Translations under genes and position numbers: made by a program
Part shown: positions 17,131 to 28,104 of the stretch, piece after piece
How the letters are laid out: each line of letters starts with the position of its first letter
Position numbering within the stretch: the stretch's first letter is position 1
NCBI GenBank assembly: GCA_964565655.1
Contig: CAZMFT010000003.1
Location: forward strand, 9,061-43,505
Source: an uncultured Candidatus Saccharibacteria bacterium
GTDB taxonomy: Bacteria > Patescibacteriota > Minisyncoccia > Phycocordibacterales > Phycocordibacteraceae
Length of the DNA stretch: 34,445 nt
Reading direction: 5' to 3'
The notes under the pieces: generated by a model
The model's database searches: none
What the model saw: the letters and a program-made list of their open reading frames with translations, nothing else
Told to the model about the DNA's origin: nothing

Positions 17131-18750
17131 ATGGCGAATGCCTTGCAGGTAAGGGCAATTAAAAACGTAGTCGACCAGTACTCTGCGCAGTACGGTCTTT
17201 TGCCGCACAAGGCCTTTTTATACCTAGTAATCGAACGTTATCTTGCTGAGCTGGAGCTGAATAGCATCGACATTGAAGAGGCAATCGTGGACGGTGGTGA
17301 TGATTGTGGCATCGACGCAATCGTCATATCTGATGACGAAGAAGGTAGGCCAAAAATTTATTTCTTTCAGTCGAAGTATTCACCGAAGGAAGATGCATTC
17401 GAAAGGAATTTCGAAGGTGATGCGCTCGATAAAATTCAGAGTGCGGTAAATGATTTTGTACTCAAGGGACGAATTAATGCCAAATATCAGAACGCTCGGC
17501 TGGTTGACCGACTGCAGTCAGTAAAGAATCTTTTACAACGGAATCCTGAATTTGAAATAGTGTTGTGCTCCAACACATTGCCGCCTGCTATTGCAGCAAA
17601 GACTAGGCTGGAGGAATTCGTGTCGGACGCAAATGACAGTGTCAAAAGCGAGCATTTGCATGTGCGATATTTGAACGTCGAAGAAGTCGCGCAGGATCTT
17701 ATCGCGCCAGAACAGGAAACAAGAATTGATCTAAATCTACAGATTTCTGGTAAGTATCTGACTGAAGACACGGGGAATGTGCGCCTCTTCGTTGGCGCAG
17801 TAAACGCAGCCAGAATATCAGAGCTAGTCGAAGAGCATGGAAATGGGCTTTTTGAGAGAAATGTCAGAGGTTACCTTGGTCCACAAAAGTTGAATCAGAG
17901 CATATACGAAACGGCGACTTCACAAATAAGTCCTTATTTCGTGTACATGAATAACGGAATAACCATTACGTGTGAAAAGTTTAGTCATGCACCGATTGCA
18001 GATTCGCCGACGCTCGAAATTGCGAATGCTCAAGTAGTAAACGGTCAGCAAACAGCACGTTCGCTCCATCGCGCGTTCAAAGAAGGCAAACTCAAGCCTG
18101 ACACAAAAGTTCTAGTGAGACTTGTCGAAACATCAGATCGAGATCTTCTTATGAAGATTGTTGATTCTACGAACAGTCAGACGAAGGTTACCTCACGCGA
18201 CCTTAGATCTAACGACGAAACTCAGCGGCTGATAGAGAAGAGTCTTGAAAGCTTGGGTTATTTCTACGAGGCGCGCAAAGGTAAATACAAGGGCAAGGAT
18301 TTAGAAAAGCGCGTAGATGCAGAAATCGCAGCCCAAGCGTACTACGCGATATTTAAGGAGCAACCAGCGCTTGCAAAAGATAAAAAGAAATATCTTTTTG
18401 GCGACAGGTATGATGATGTATTCGATTCCAGTCTAGAACCTGCAAATCTTCTGTATGCATACAAGCTTCTTCGCTGTATCCAGAGACTGAATGGTAGCGC
18501 CGATTCTGAAAAGTATAGCTTCCTGAAAGATGCGGCGTTGCACACTGCAGCCCTAATTCACAGAATAGGTGGACGAAATGTGACCGACGGCGAGCTTCCT
18601 AAGGAGTACACGGTGGTTATCGACTCGCTTCTGAAACTTGTTAGGGAGAGACAGAAAAAGGAAGGGGATAAGTATGAGCATAGAAGGACGTTTAAGGATC
18701 CTGAGACGTACGGTAGGGCAGTTCAAATTCTTGAGAACGCTAAATCATAA
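17131..18750 (+). CDS. AIPR-family abortive-infection (phage resistance) protein
   Basis: N-terminal nuclease-like GGDDCGIDAIVI...IYFFQSKYS. C-terminal AIPR-type motifs ERNVRGYLG, MNNGITITC, VVNGQQTARSL. Visibly AT-richer than its neighbours. TAATAT box at 17119-17124 lies 6 nt before the ATG. Confidence 0.8.
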   Translation: MANALQVRAIKNVVDQYSAQYGLLPHKAFLYLVIERYLAELELNSIDIEEAIVDGGDDCGIDAIVISDDEEGRPKIYFFQSKYSPKEDAFERNFEGDALDKIQSAVNDFVLKGRINAKYQNARLVDRLQSVKNLLQRNPEFEIVLCSNTLPPAIAAKTRLEEFVSDANDSVKSEHLHVRYLNVEEVAQDLIAPEQETRIDLNLQISGKYLTEDTGNVRLFVGAVNAARISELVEEHGNGLFERNVRGYLGPQKLNQSIYETATSQISPYFVYMNNGITITCEKFSHAPIADSPTLEIANAQVVNGQQTARSLHRAFKEGKLKPDTKVLVRLVETSDRDLLMKIVDSTNSQTKVTSRDLRSNDETQRLIEKSLESLGYFYEARKGKYKGKDLEKRVDAEIAAQAYYAIFKEQPALAKDKKKYLFGDRYDDVFDSSLEPANLLYAYKLLRCIQRLNGSADSEKYSFLKDAALHTAALIHRIGGRNVTDGELPKEYTVVIDSLLKLVRERQKKEGDKYEHRRTFKDPETYGRAVQILENAKS

Positions 18751-18759
18751 GTTAGCTTT

Positions 18760-19299
18760 ATGCCTGATGAATTCGAAGTATCCCGAGAAGACGACGCTAA
18801 CCGCAAGGCACAGGCCCGCGGGGAGGGTGACCTCGTGGAAGAGGAGGAACGCGCTGATTCGAAGGTTAAGAAGCTCCGGGATGAGCTTGCGGCTGCTCGT
18901 GCCGAGTCGAAGACCAATCTCGACGGCTGGCAGCGCGCGAAGGCGGACTACGTGAACGCTCTCCGTCGCTTCGAGGAGGAGAAAAGTGCAGCTAAGGATG
19001 CGGGTATCGAAAAGGCAATAGAGGCGCTTCTCCCGGCCATGGACGCCCTTGAGCGCGCGAAAATCCACGGCGAGGTGCCAGAGAGCTTCCAAGGCATCGT
19101 AAAGCAGCTCGAGGGCGCATTTGCGTCCCTGGGCCTCGCGCCGCTCGGCTCCGTCGGCGAGGCTTTCGACCCGAACCTTCATGAGGCGCTTGGGCGTGAT
19201 GAGGGAGAGGAGGACGTCGTCACGACCGTGCTTGAGACCGGCTGGAAGCGGGGTGACAGGGTGGTGCGGCCGGCGAAAGTGCGCGTCGGAGGCGCATAA
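18760..19299 (+). CDS. grpE: nucleotide exchange factor GrpE
   Basis: Coiled-coil N-terminus, LLPAMDALERA, FDPNLHEA, GW..GDRV.RPA.V.V. Confidence 0.9.
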   Translation: MPDEFEVSREDDANRKAQARGEGDLVEEEERADSKVKKLRDELAAARAESKTNLDGWQRAKADYVNALRRFEEEKSAAKDAGIEKAIEALLPAMDALERAKIHGEVPESFQGIVKQLEGAFASLGLAPLGSVGEAFDPNLHEALGRDEGEEDVVTTVLETGWKRGDRVVRPAKVRVGGA

Positions 19300-19308
19300 G
19301 GCACGCAC

Positions 19309-19337
19309 TTGAACACGAAAAAGCAGAAGCGTACAAT
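19309..19337 (+). promoter_or_regulatory. putative sigma70-type promoter upstream of dnaK
   Basis: TTGAAC (19309-19314), 17 nt spacer, TACAAT (19332-19337). Confidence 0.5.
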
Positions 19338-19381
19338 ACGTTTAACACGGGCTTTTATCAGGACATGTAGCGAATATCCAT

Positions 19382-21271
<1,890 letters not shown>

Positions 21272-21276
21272 ATCAG

Positions 21277-21312
21277 AAATACAAGTCCCCGTATCGGGGA
21301 CTTGTATTTATA
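21277..21312 (+). terminator. intrinsic terminator after dnaK
   Basis: AAATACAAGTCCCC (21277-21290), loop GTATC, GGGGACTTGTATTT (21296-21309), followed by ATATA. Confidence 0.8.
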
Positions 21313-21329
21313 TATGTGAATGGTATAAT
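21302..21329 (+). promoter_or_regulatory. putative promoter with extended -10
   Basis: TTGTAT (21302-21307), 16 nt spacer, TGgTATAAT (21321-21329). The SD-led ORF starts at 21362. Confidence 0.45.
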
Positions 21330-21361
21330 ACTTACCAGATATCTTCACGCAGGAGGCGCAC

Positions 21362-21850
21362 ATGCGCACATGGTTCATTCTGGCTCTGGCTCTCGTCACG
21401 ATCCTCTTCGCCCAAAGCGCAGAGGCCCGTGGCGAACGCTACCGGCTCAACAACCAAACGTGGGAACTCAACCCTCTCATCTATGGCGACACCAGGGGTC
21501 GGGTCCGTTGCCCGTATCTCGACACGCGGACAGGGAATCCTGTCTGCCCTGGGCGACGCGGGCAAGGAGTGCCCTCCGCGAACGAGCTGTGGGGTTCGAA
21601 GATCCTCGCGTTCTGCGGCGAGCGGTGGGAGGGGTGCGTCGGCGGCTTCATGCAGCATCCGCGCTCCCGCACCATCTATCGCATCGTCGCGATGGGCGTT
21701 CGCCCCGGCCGGTATGAGATCGCGGCCGACCGGATGTACTCAAAAGGTAGGGAACTCGTCATCGTGCGTCCCTACGACACGAACTGGGCGCGCATGTCGT
21801 TCCGACACTCGGAGCAGATGCTCCCGGCAAGCCGCAGGCGGCGGATCTAG
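21362..21850 (+). CDS. secreted Cys-containing hypothetical protein (162 aa)
   Basis: SD AGGAGG at 21351-21356. Signal-peptide-like MRTWFILALALVTILFAQSAEA. Six Cys in the mature part. Confidence 0.6.
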   Translation: MRTWFILALALVTILFAQSAEARGERYRLNNQTWELNPLIYGDTRGRVRCPYLDTRTGNPVCPGRRGQGVPSANELWGSKILAFCGERWEGCVGGFMQHPRSRTIYRIVAMGVRPGRYEIAADRMYSKGRELVIVRPYDTNWARMSFRHSEQMLPASRRRRI

Positions 21851-21866
21851 CGAACACATGACCCTC

Positions 21867-21898
21867 GGGCGGCACATAACTGTGCCGCCCTTTTGTTT
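21867..21898 (+). terminator. intrinsic terminator
   Basis: GGGCGGCAC (21867-21875) ATAACT GTGCCGCCC (21882-21890) TTTTGTTT. Confidence 0.85.
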
Positions 21899-22079
21899 AT
21901 ACTTTTTATCCCGTTACTCATCCTTTACCGCGAAGATCCCCATCGAAACCCGTATAGGAAATGAATCTTATATGATACACCTTACGAGCATGGCATGAGC
22001 TTGACTTTTAAGGCAAAATCTTGTTTTATAAACTGGTATCAACGGCGGCTCGCCGCTATCTGTTCTCGGGAGGATCGAG

Positions 22080-22340
22080 ATGAGTGAAGGCAGTGGACAG
22101 CTCGACAAGAAGTTCAATTCGGCTCTCGACAGGGTCGCGCCCTATGTGGTCGTCGCCGCAGTGGTGTCGATCGTTCTCGGCGCTCTCTTTCTTGGGCTCG
22201 CGTTCGAGAGCCTGCTGGTCTTTTTCGGCACGCTCTTCGTCGGGTTCGGCCTCGCGACCGCAGGATTCGCGTACACGATGATAGTCATCATGTACGTCCG
22301 CTTCCAGACTGCTCTTTGCAGGAAGAGCGACGCGGCGTGA
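22080..22340 (+). CDS. small membrane protein (86 aa, 2 TM)
   Basis: SD GGGAGG at 22068-22073. Two long hydrophobic helices. Confidence 0.6.
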   Translation: MSEGSGQLDKKFNSALDRVAPYVVVAAVVSIVLGALFLGLAFESLLVFFGTLFVGFGLATAGFAYTMIVIMYVRFQTALCRKSDAA

Positions 22341-22344
22341 AGCT

Positions 22345-22383
22345 AACGGGCGGCTGGACAAACCAGTCGCCCGTTCGATTTGA
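22345..22383 (+). terminator. putative intrinsic terminator
   Basis: AACGGGCGGCTGG (22345-22357) ACAAA CCAGTCGCCCGTT (22363-22375), with one G:U pair, then CGATTTG (weak U-tract). Confidence 0.5.
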
Positions 22384-22440
22384 CTCAATGAGCGTCTCCG
22401 GTCATATTCCAGCTAGACGAACCATTCATAGGAGGCTCGC

Positions 22441-22962
22441 GTGCGTCAGCAGGGCATCAACGTGCCAAAGGTAATCGAGCGGGCATCCATAGAGCTCGCT
22501 GACTTCAGGATCACGGATCTCGAACGCATGAGTCCGCGGCGGTGGTTCGGTACCCTCAAGTGCCGACGCTATTGCCCTGAGCGCGACGAGACTGAACTCT
22601 CGCTCATGCTCTGGATTTTCACGAAATTCGAGGACGGTGTCGAGAACGTCTTCTTCGCAGCATTGTTCGGAGAGTTCCCGCCATCGGCTGAACCGTGGCT
22701 CACGTACCACGCGAAGCGAGCTCGAACGAAGGCAGTGAAGCCAGCGGATGTCCTGGTCTACCACGGTGCGGACGTGCTTCACCTACAGGCTGGCGTTGGT
22801 ATGGGAATCCCGCTTTCAAAGGCAAAGCGGCTTAAAGATGCGCATCCACCACAGGCGGAGTGCGATGAGTTCGTGAAGCTCTGCGAGGAGATCTTCCCGA
22901 AGCTCGTCCGCGCGTCGCAGAAATCGATGAAGATCTGGGAGAAATACCTCACGATCAACTAG
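22441..22962 (+). CDS. hypothetical protein (173 aa)
   Basis: GTG start 5 nt after SD AGGAGG (22430-22435). Candidate promoter TTGACT (22380-22385), 17 nt spacer, CATATT (22403-22408). No recognisable family. Confidence 0.6.
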   Translation: MRQQGINVPKVIERASIELADFRITDLERMSPRRWFGTLKCRRYCPERDETELSLMLWIFTKFEDGVENVFFAALFGEFPPSAEPWLTYHAKRARTKAVKPADVLVYHGADVLHLQAGVGMGIPLSKAKRLKDAHPPQAECDEFVKLCEEIFPKLVRASQKSMKIWEKYLTIN

Positions 22963-22972
22963 GGAGGAGGTC

Positions 22973-23191
22973 ATGTCGGATATCGAGAGGCTGTACGCGC
23001 TATGCGTGTTCCTCCTTGCTTCGGGAGTCATCATGCGCTTCTTCTCGGGATTCATGCTCTCCCCGGATCGAACCGTGGTGACGGATGTCGAGAAACAAGA
23101 CGCGATTCTCGTCGCATGGATGGGCCAGAGCTGCATGCGGAAAGGCATGATCTTTCTTGCGCTCGTGCTCGCGCGCACCGTATTCAACTAG
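22973..23191 (+). CDS. small membrane protein (72 aa, 2 TM)
   Basis: Very strong SD GGGAGGAGG (22962-22970). Lies 10 nt after the upstream stop. Confidence 0.6.
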   Translation: MSDIERLYALCVFLLASGVIMRFFSGFMLSPDRTVVTDVEKQDAILVAWMGQSCMRKGMIFLALVLARTVFN

Positions 23192-23192
23192 A

Positions 23193-23219
23193 GCGGCGTC
23201 TTCGGACGCCGTTTTTTTG
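23193..23219 (+). terminator. intrinsic terminator
   Basis: GCGGCGTC TTCG GACGCCGT followed by TTTTTTT. Confidence 0.85.
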
Positions 23220-23255
23220 CGCTTGCGCGGGCTCGCGCGTATAATCGTCCTACCT

Positions 23256-24323
23256 ATGGCGAAGAACTACTACGACGTGCTCGGAGTCGACAAGAAAGCG
23301 ACGAAGGACGATATCAAGAAGGCGTTCCGCAAGCTCGCGCACAAGTATCACCCGGACAAAGGCGGGGGAGATGAGGCGAAATTCAAGGAGATAACGGAAG
23401 CGTACTCGGTTCTCGGCGACGACAAGCGTCGTAAGGAGTACGACAACTACGGCCAGGCATTCCAGGGCGGAGGAGGTGCCGGATTCGGCGGATTCGATTT
23501 CTCCAATTTCCAGGGATTCGGCGGGCAGGGAGTTGAATTCGATCTCGGCGATCTCTTCGAAGGCTTCGGCGACATCATGGGCCGACGCGGTAGCCAGAAG
23601 CGTCGCGGTCGCGATATATCGATAGATGTCCAGGTCTCGTTCGCAGAAGCGGTGATGGGAGCTTCGCGCTCCATGGTTATCGCGAAGGTCGCAGAGTGCG
23701 CGACATGCGCCGGTTCAGGCGGGAAGCCTGGTAGCGGGACAGAGACCTGCAAGACCTGCAACGGACAGGGAAAAGTACACGAGGCACGCAATTCCATACT
23801 CGGACAGTTCACCTCGGTGCGTACCTGCGTCGCTTGCGACGGCGTAGGCACCATACCTAAAGAAAAGTGCGCGGACTGCAGTGGGCACGGAACGCGTCGT
23901 CAGGAATCGGAACTTAATATCGCTATTCCCGTCGGAATCGAGAACGGCGAGATGATCCGCCTCTCAGGGCAGGGCGAGGCAGTCAAAAACGGCCTTCCCG
24001 GCGACCTCTACGTAAAGGTGCACGTGAAGATGCATCCGGTATTCCGCAAAGAGGGCGCGAACCTCGTCATGAATCTCCCAGTGAAGCTCACGGACGCGCT
24101 CCTTGGTACCTCGGTGACGATCGAGGCGGTAGACGGGAAGTCACTTGAAGTGAAGATTCCGGTCATGACGAAGGCAGAGGAAATTCTTCGCGTCCGTGGC
24201 AAGGGCGTACCATACCCGGGCGACCATGGCGATCTCCTTATTCGCGTCTCCATCGCGCTTCCGAAAAAGCTTTCCGGCAAAGCGAAGAAGGCAGTGGAAG
24301 ACTTGAAGGACGAGGGTCTCTAG
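23256..24323 (+). CDS. dnaJ: molecular chaperone DnaJ
   Basis: J domain YYDVLGV...HPDK, G/F-rich linker, and four CxxCxGxG repeats ([32 protein letters not shown]). Start set to ATG 23256 ([11 protein letters not shown]). Promoter TTGCGC (23217-23222), 17 nt spacer, TATAAT (23240-23245). Confidence 0.95.
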   Translation: MAKNYYDVLGVDKKATKDDIKKAFRKLAHKYHPDKGGGDEAKFKEITEAYSVLGDDKRRKEYDNYGQAFQGGGGAGFGGFDFSNFQGFGGQGVEFDLGDLFEGFGDIMGRRGSQKRRGRDISIDVQVSFAEAVMGASRSMVIAKVAECATCAGSGGKPGSGTETCKTCNGQGKVHEARNSILGQFTSVRTCVACDGVGTIPKEKCADCSGHGTRRQESELNIAIPVGIENGEMIRLSGQGEAVKNGLPGDLYVKVHVKMHPVFRKEGANLVMNLPVKLTDALLGTSVTIEAVDGKSLEVKIPVMTKAEEILRVRGKGVPYPGDHGDLLIRVSIALPKKLSGKAKKAVEDLKDEGL

Positions 24324-24339
24324 ACGGTAGACTGTAGGC

Positions 24340-24849
24340 ATGGACGGCATACTCGCGACGATTAATTCAAGTGCGATGGACGCGTGGACGCTTCTCTCGG
24401 GCGTCCTTGCGCTCGTGGTGCTTACCGGCGTCCTCCTCGTCTTTGCGCTTCGCGGGGGCCGAAGCGCGCTCATCTCTCTCATCCTCTCGATGTACGCAGG
24501 GTACGCGATTTACGCCGTCTTCCCGTTCACCGATGAGATCCTCGCTACCGGAGGAACGGAGCTCATCCGTACCATTTTCTCCGTTGGCATCTTTGTCGCT
24601 GCGACGATTCTCCCATTCATTCTCATCAAGCGCCTTACCTCGGCCGGATTCGGCTCTCTGTCGTTTGTCCCTAATCTCATCCTCTCGTTTTTGGGCGCCG
24701 CATTCATACTCGCGCTCGGCTACCAGCTCTTTGCCATAAGCTCCGTGTATCCCTTGACCGACACCCTCGACACCGCGTTCGCACCGACCAAGTTCTTCTT
24801 CTGGTGGTTTATTGCCCCTCTCATCGGTCTCTTCCTCTTCGCCAGGTAG
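24340..24849 (+). CDS. polytopic membrane protein (169 aa)
   Basis: Four to five hydrophobic helices. No family recognised. Confidence 0.6.
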   Translation: MDGILATINSSAMDAWTLLSGVLALVVLTGVLLVFALRGGRSALISLILSMYAGYAIYAVFPFTDEILATGGTELIRTIFSVGIFVAATILPFILIKRLTSAGFGSLSFVPNLILSFLGAAFILALGYQLFAISSVYPLTDTLDTAFAPTKFFFWWFIAPLIGLFLFAR

Positions 24850-24874
24850 CAAGCGCGCTATACTGAAGACCTCT

Positions 24875-26635
24875 ATGTGGCGGGAAGACTTGCCGCGAAC
24901 GGACAATCCGTTCCGCTTTTACATGTTCGCATCAAGGCCGCACTGGTTGCCGGCGATTTTCGCGGTGCTCTTCGTCATCGGGGCGGCGACCCTGAATGCG
25001 CTCATTCCGTATTTCTACAAGGTCATCGCGGATAGTGCGCTTTCCGGCACCGAGGGCGACTACCGCGCGCTCTACCAGGCAGTAGGACTCTATGTGGCGA
25101 TATCCTTGGGCTCTGTGATCCTCTGGCGCGGCTCGGGCTTCGTAGGCGCCGCGTGGGCGACCGGTACACGCGCGACCGCGCGCTACGCGCTCACGCACTA
25201 CATCACCGCGCACAGCCATCAATATTTCTCCGACCGGTTCTCTGGCTCACTCATGAGTAAGGTGAAGCAGGCAGGAGACGGCGCACGCGAATTCACCGAG
25301 ATCATGCTCTGGGAATTCCTCCGCTTCGCGACCTCTGTCATCGCAGCGGTCACGATCACATACCTCTCAAGCCCGTATATCGCCTGGCTCATGTTGGGGC
25401 TCATCGCAGCGGCGTTGCCGTACAACCTCTACTTCGCCCGGAAGCGCATCCCGTACTCTATCGCCGCACAGGATGCCGAGACGGCGCTTAACGGCGCGAC
25501 GGTGGACGCCCTTACGAATATCTCCTCCGTCCACGAGTTCGCGAATCGCGGATTCGAGGTGAACCGGCTGCGCGGCTTCATCCTCGACAGGCGGACGAAA
25601 GGACTCCGTAACTGGAGGTACGGCGAATGGACCCTATTGGGAAGCGGATTCATCCAGACCGCTTTTATGGCAGCGATGATGCTCGCTGCGGTCTACCTGG
25701 CTTCCGAAGGCCTCATCACGCCGGGCGATATCATCCTGTTCCTCGGTATGATCTGGCTCCTAGAGGACCAGCTCACCTTCATGGCCGGAAAGTTGAATCA
25801 TTTCTCCGAGGCATGGGGCCAGCTTTCCGAAAGCCTTAAGGACATCCTCATCGACCAAGATGTCGCGGATACGAGCCACGCAGGGGAGCTTGCGCTTGAG
25901 CACTCGGGTATCGCCTTCGACGACGTCACCTTCAAGTACGGCGGCGTATCGGTCTTCGAGAATCTGACCTTCACCATCCCACAGGGCCAGCGCGTCGGCC
26001 TTATCGGCAGGAGCGGCGCGGGGAAATCGACCTTGGTGAAGCTCATCCTCCGCCACTACGACGTCGCGTCAGGCGAGATCCGGATAGGGCACGAGAACAT
26101 CGCTGATGTCACCAAGGAGAGCCTCCGGTCAGCCATCGCGGTCGTCCCGCAGGAACCTGCGCTCTTCCATCGCTCGATTCATGACAACATCGCGTACTCG
26201 AAACCCGAGTCGACGAGGGAGGAGGTGATACGCGCGGCAGAGCTCGCTCAGGCGCACGACTTCATCTCGGAGCTTCCGGACGGATACGAATCCTTGGTAG
26301 GGGAGCGCGGCGTGAAGCTCTCCGGCGGCCAGCGCCAACGCATCGCCATCGCCCGCGCACTCCTTAAAGACGCGCCGATACTCCTTCTTGACGAGGCGAC
26401 GTCCGCGCTTGATAGCGAGAGCGAGAAACTCGTGCAGAAGGCGCTCTTGGCGCTCATGGAAGGCCGTACCGTGCTCGCGATAGCGCACCGCCTTTCAACC
26501 TTGCGCGCCATGGACCGCCTCATCGTCTTCGATAAAGGCAAGATCATTGAGGACGGCACGCACGACGAGCTGCTTAAGAAAGGCGGACTCTATGCCGACC
26601 TCTGGAACCACCAGGCTGGCGGCTTCCTCACGTAG
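24875..26635 (+). CDS. ABC transporter, fused permease/ATP-binding protein (type I exporter, MsbA-like)
   Basis: Six-TM N-terminal half. Walker A GRSGAGKST, signature LSGGQRQRIAIARAL, Walker B ILLLDEATSALD. Start set to ATG 24875 (TATACT box 24859-24864). Confidence 0.9.
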   Translation: MWREDLPRTDNPFRFYMFASRPHWLPAIFAVLFVIGAATLNALIPYFYKVIADSALSGTEGDYRALYQAVGLYVAISLGSVILWRGSGFVGAAWATGTRATARYALTHYITAHSHQYFSDRFSGSLMSKVKQAGDGAREFTEIMLWEFLRFATSVIAAVTITYLSSPYIAWLMLGLIAAALPYNLYFARKRIPYSIAAQDAETALNGATVDALTNISSVHEFANRGFEVNRLRGFILDRRTKGLRNWRYGEWTLLGSGFIQTAFMAAMMLAAVYLASEGLITPGDIILFLGMIWLLEDQLTFMAGKLNHFSEAWGQLSESLKDILIDQDVADTSHAGELALEHSGIAFDDVTFKYGGVSVFENLTFTIPQGQRVGLIGRSGAGKSTLVKLILRHYDVASGEIRIGHENIADVTKESLRSAIAVVPQEPALFHRSIHDNIAYSKPESTREEVIRAAELAQAHDFISELPDGYESLVGERGVKLSGGQRQRIAIARALLKDAPILLLDEATSALDSESEKLVQKALLALMEGRTVLAIAHRLSTLRAMDRLIVFDKGKIIEDGTHDELLKKGGLYADLWNHQAGGFLT

Positions 26636-26698
26636 AACGCACGCGTGCATCTAGAATTGCTTGCATACTTTTGACTTTCATGGTATAAACATCACATC

Positions 26699-27373
26699 AT
26701 GATTTTCGACGGGGAACTCCTGTCCGCCCTCCTCAAGACCCCTGGCTATACCGCAGCGGTGCTGCAGGTCATCGGGTATGGCCTCTATCTGCGCTACGCC
26801 TTCCGCAAGGAGATCAAGCCGAACCCGCTTACGTGGCTCATGTTCGCCTATGGCACGACCCTCCTATTCTGGCTCGAGTTCGATCGGGATGCGTCGTGGC
26901 TCATCCTTTTCCTGCCGATGGCGTGCGCAGCATCGAGCCTCGTCGTCGTGGCGCTCTGCTATCTTCGGGGCGGATACGAGAAGAAGATAGACCCTGTAGA
27001 CAAGCTCATGTTCGCGTTCGACCTTGTCCTTACCGCGCTCTATCTCGCGGTCTGGGGACTCCTCGCGTACGGATACATAGACGAAGCAGCGAAGGACTCG
27101 GCGAATTTCATTATCATCGTCGCCTGGGTATTCGGCATCGGAACCGCCTTCACGCCGATGGCGCGCGAGGTGCGCAGCAAGCCCTCGAGCGAGCACCCGC
27201 TGCCATGGATCATCTGGTCGTGCGCATACGCGATGCTTATCGCCGCGACACTCATCGATGAGGGTGTCAGCGTCTTCCTCCTCTATCCGATCGTCGCGCT
27301 TATCTTCCACGCGCTTATCGCGAAACTCTCCTACGGCGGCCTACGCGACGAATTGAAGGCTGCCGGCCTCTAG
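26699..27373 (+). CDS. polytopic membrane protein (224 aa, about 6-7 TM)
   Basis: Hydrophobic helices throughout. Promoter TTGCAT (26661-26666), 17 nt spacer, TGgTATAAA (26681-26689). Confidence 0.65.
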   Translation: MIFDGELLSALLKTPGYTAAVLQVIGYGLYLRYAFRKEIKPNPLTWLMFAYGTTLLFWLEFDRDASWLILFLPMACAASSLVVVALCYLRGGYEKKIDPVDKLMFAFDLVLTALYLAVWGLLAYGYIDEAAKDSANFIIIVAWVFGIGTAFTPMAREVRSKPSSEHPLPWIIWSCAYAMLIAATLIDEGVSVFLLYPIVALIFHALIAKLSYGGLRDELKAAGL

Positions 27374-27418
27374 GAAGGCAAATGTGGTATAATCAGGGTA
27401 CCTAGGCGCTACGGGAAC

Positions 27419-27919
27419 ATGAAAGCGATAAAGGTAGGGAAGAGCACGATAGAGGGCAACGGCATATTCGCCGCGGAGCCGATTCGTCGTGGCGACCGTA
27501 TCCAATACATCGCAGGGAAGATAGTGAAGAAGCTACCGAAGACCAAAGAAGAGGCGCTTTCCATACCTAACTGGTTCGGCTTGAGCCGTCAGAACTGGAT
27601 CGATCCGGAGGGCACACCGTTCCGATTCCTCAACCATTCCTGCGAACCGAACGCGGCAATCGCGGGCCGGAAGATCCTCACGGCGCTCCGCGACATAAGC
27701 GAGGACGAAGAGATAACCATCGACTATTCCATCACGGATGCGGACACTTTGTGGGAGATGCCGTGCCTCTGCAAAGCGAAGACCTGCCGCAAGACCATAC
27801 GCTCTATACAGTCCGTCCCGACGGATGTCTTCAATCGACACATGCCGTATATCCCCAGGTATTTCCAACGTCTCTATATTCGCAATTACATCAAGGGCAG
27901 GCTAAAATCGGGAATATGA
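27419..27919 (+). CDS. SET-domain protein (putative lysine methyltransferase) with post-SET Cys cluster
   Basis: GNGIFAAEPIRRGDRI, RFLNHSCEPNA, EEITIDYS, CLCKAKTCRK. Extended -10 TGgTATAAT at 27385-27393. Confidence 0.8.
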   Translation: MKAIKVGKSTIEGNGIFAAEPIRRGDRIQYIAGKIVKKLPKTKEEALSIPNWFGLSRQNWIDPEGTPFRFLNHSCEPNAAIAGRKILTALRDISEDEEITIDYSITDADTLWEMPCLCKAKTCRKTIRSIQSVPTDVFNRHMPYIPRYFQRLYIRNYIKGRLKSGI

Positions 27920-28101
27920 AGGATACGGGGCCGGTGCTAACGCCCTCCGCGAAGATCTTCTTCGTGGTCTTCTTCGGTCTCATCGCGGTATCGATCGCGA
28001 ACGCGTATTACCACGTAGAAGTATTGAAGGACTACAACGTATATACGGAGGAGGACGATATTCCGCGCGCCGTGGATTTCTATCTCGAGCTCATTCCTTG
28101 A
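27916..28101 (+). CDS. small single-TM protein (61 aa)
   Basis: ATG 27916 overlaps the SET stop (ATGA). TM helix IFFVVFFGLIAVSIANAYY. Ends 3 nt before the kinase ATG. Confidence 0.45.
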   Translation: MKDTGPVLTPSAKIFFVVFFGLIAVSIANAYYHVEVLKDYNVYTEEDDIPRAVDFYLELIP

Positions 28102-28104
28102 CCT

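Noticed and set aside
18700-19381. Heat-shock operators (CIRCE TTAGCACTC-N9-GAGTGCTAA or HAIR) upstream of grpE or dnaK
   Set aside because: Neither element is present. Only a short GCTAA-N8-TTAGC dyad lies at the AIPR/grpE junction, which does not match CIRCE polarity or length.
21969-21979. Possible third copy (TATATGATACA) of the 20-bp palindrome
   Set aside because: It is only an 11-nt half-site match found post hoc in an AT-rich spacer. It is mentioned under the palindrome finding but not called as a feature.
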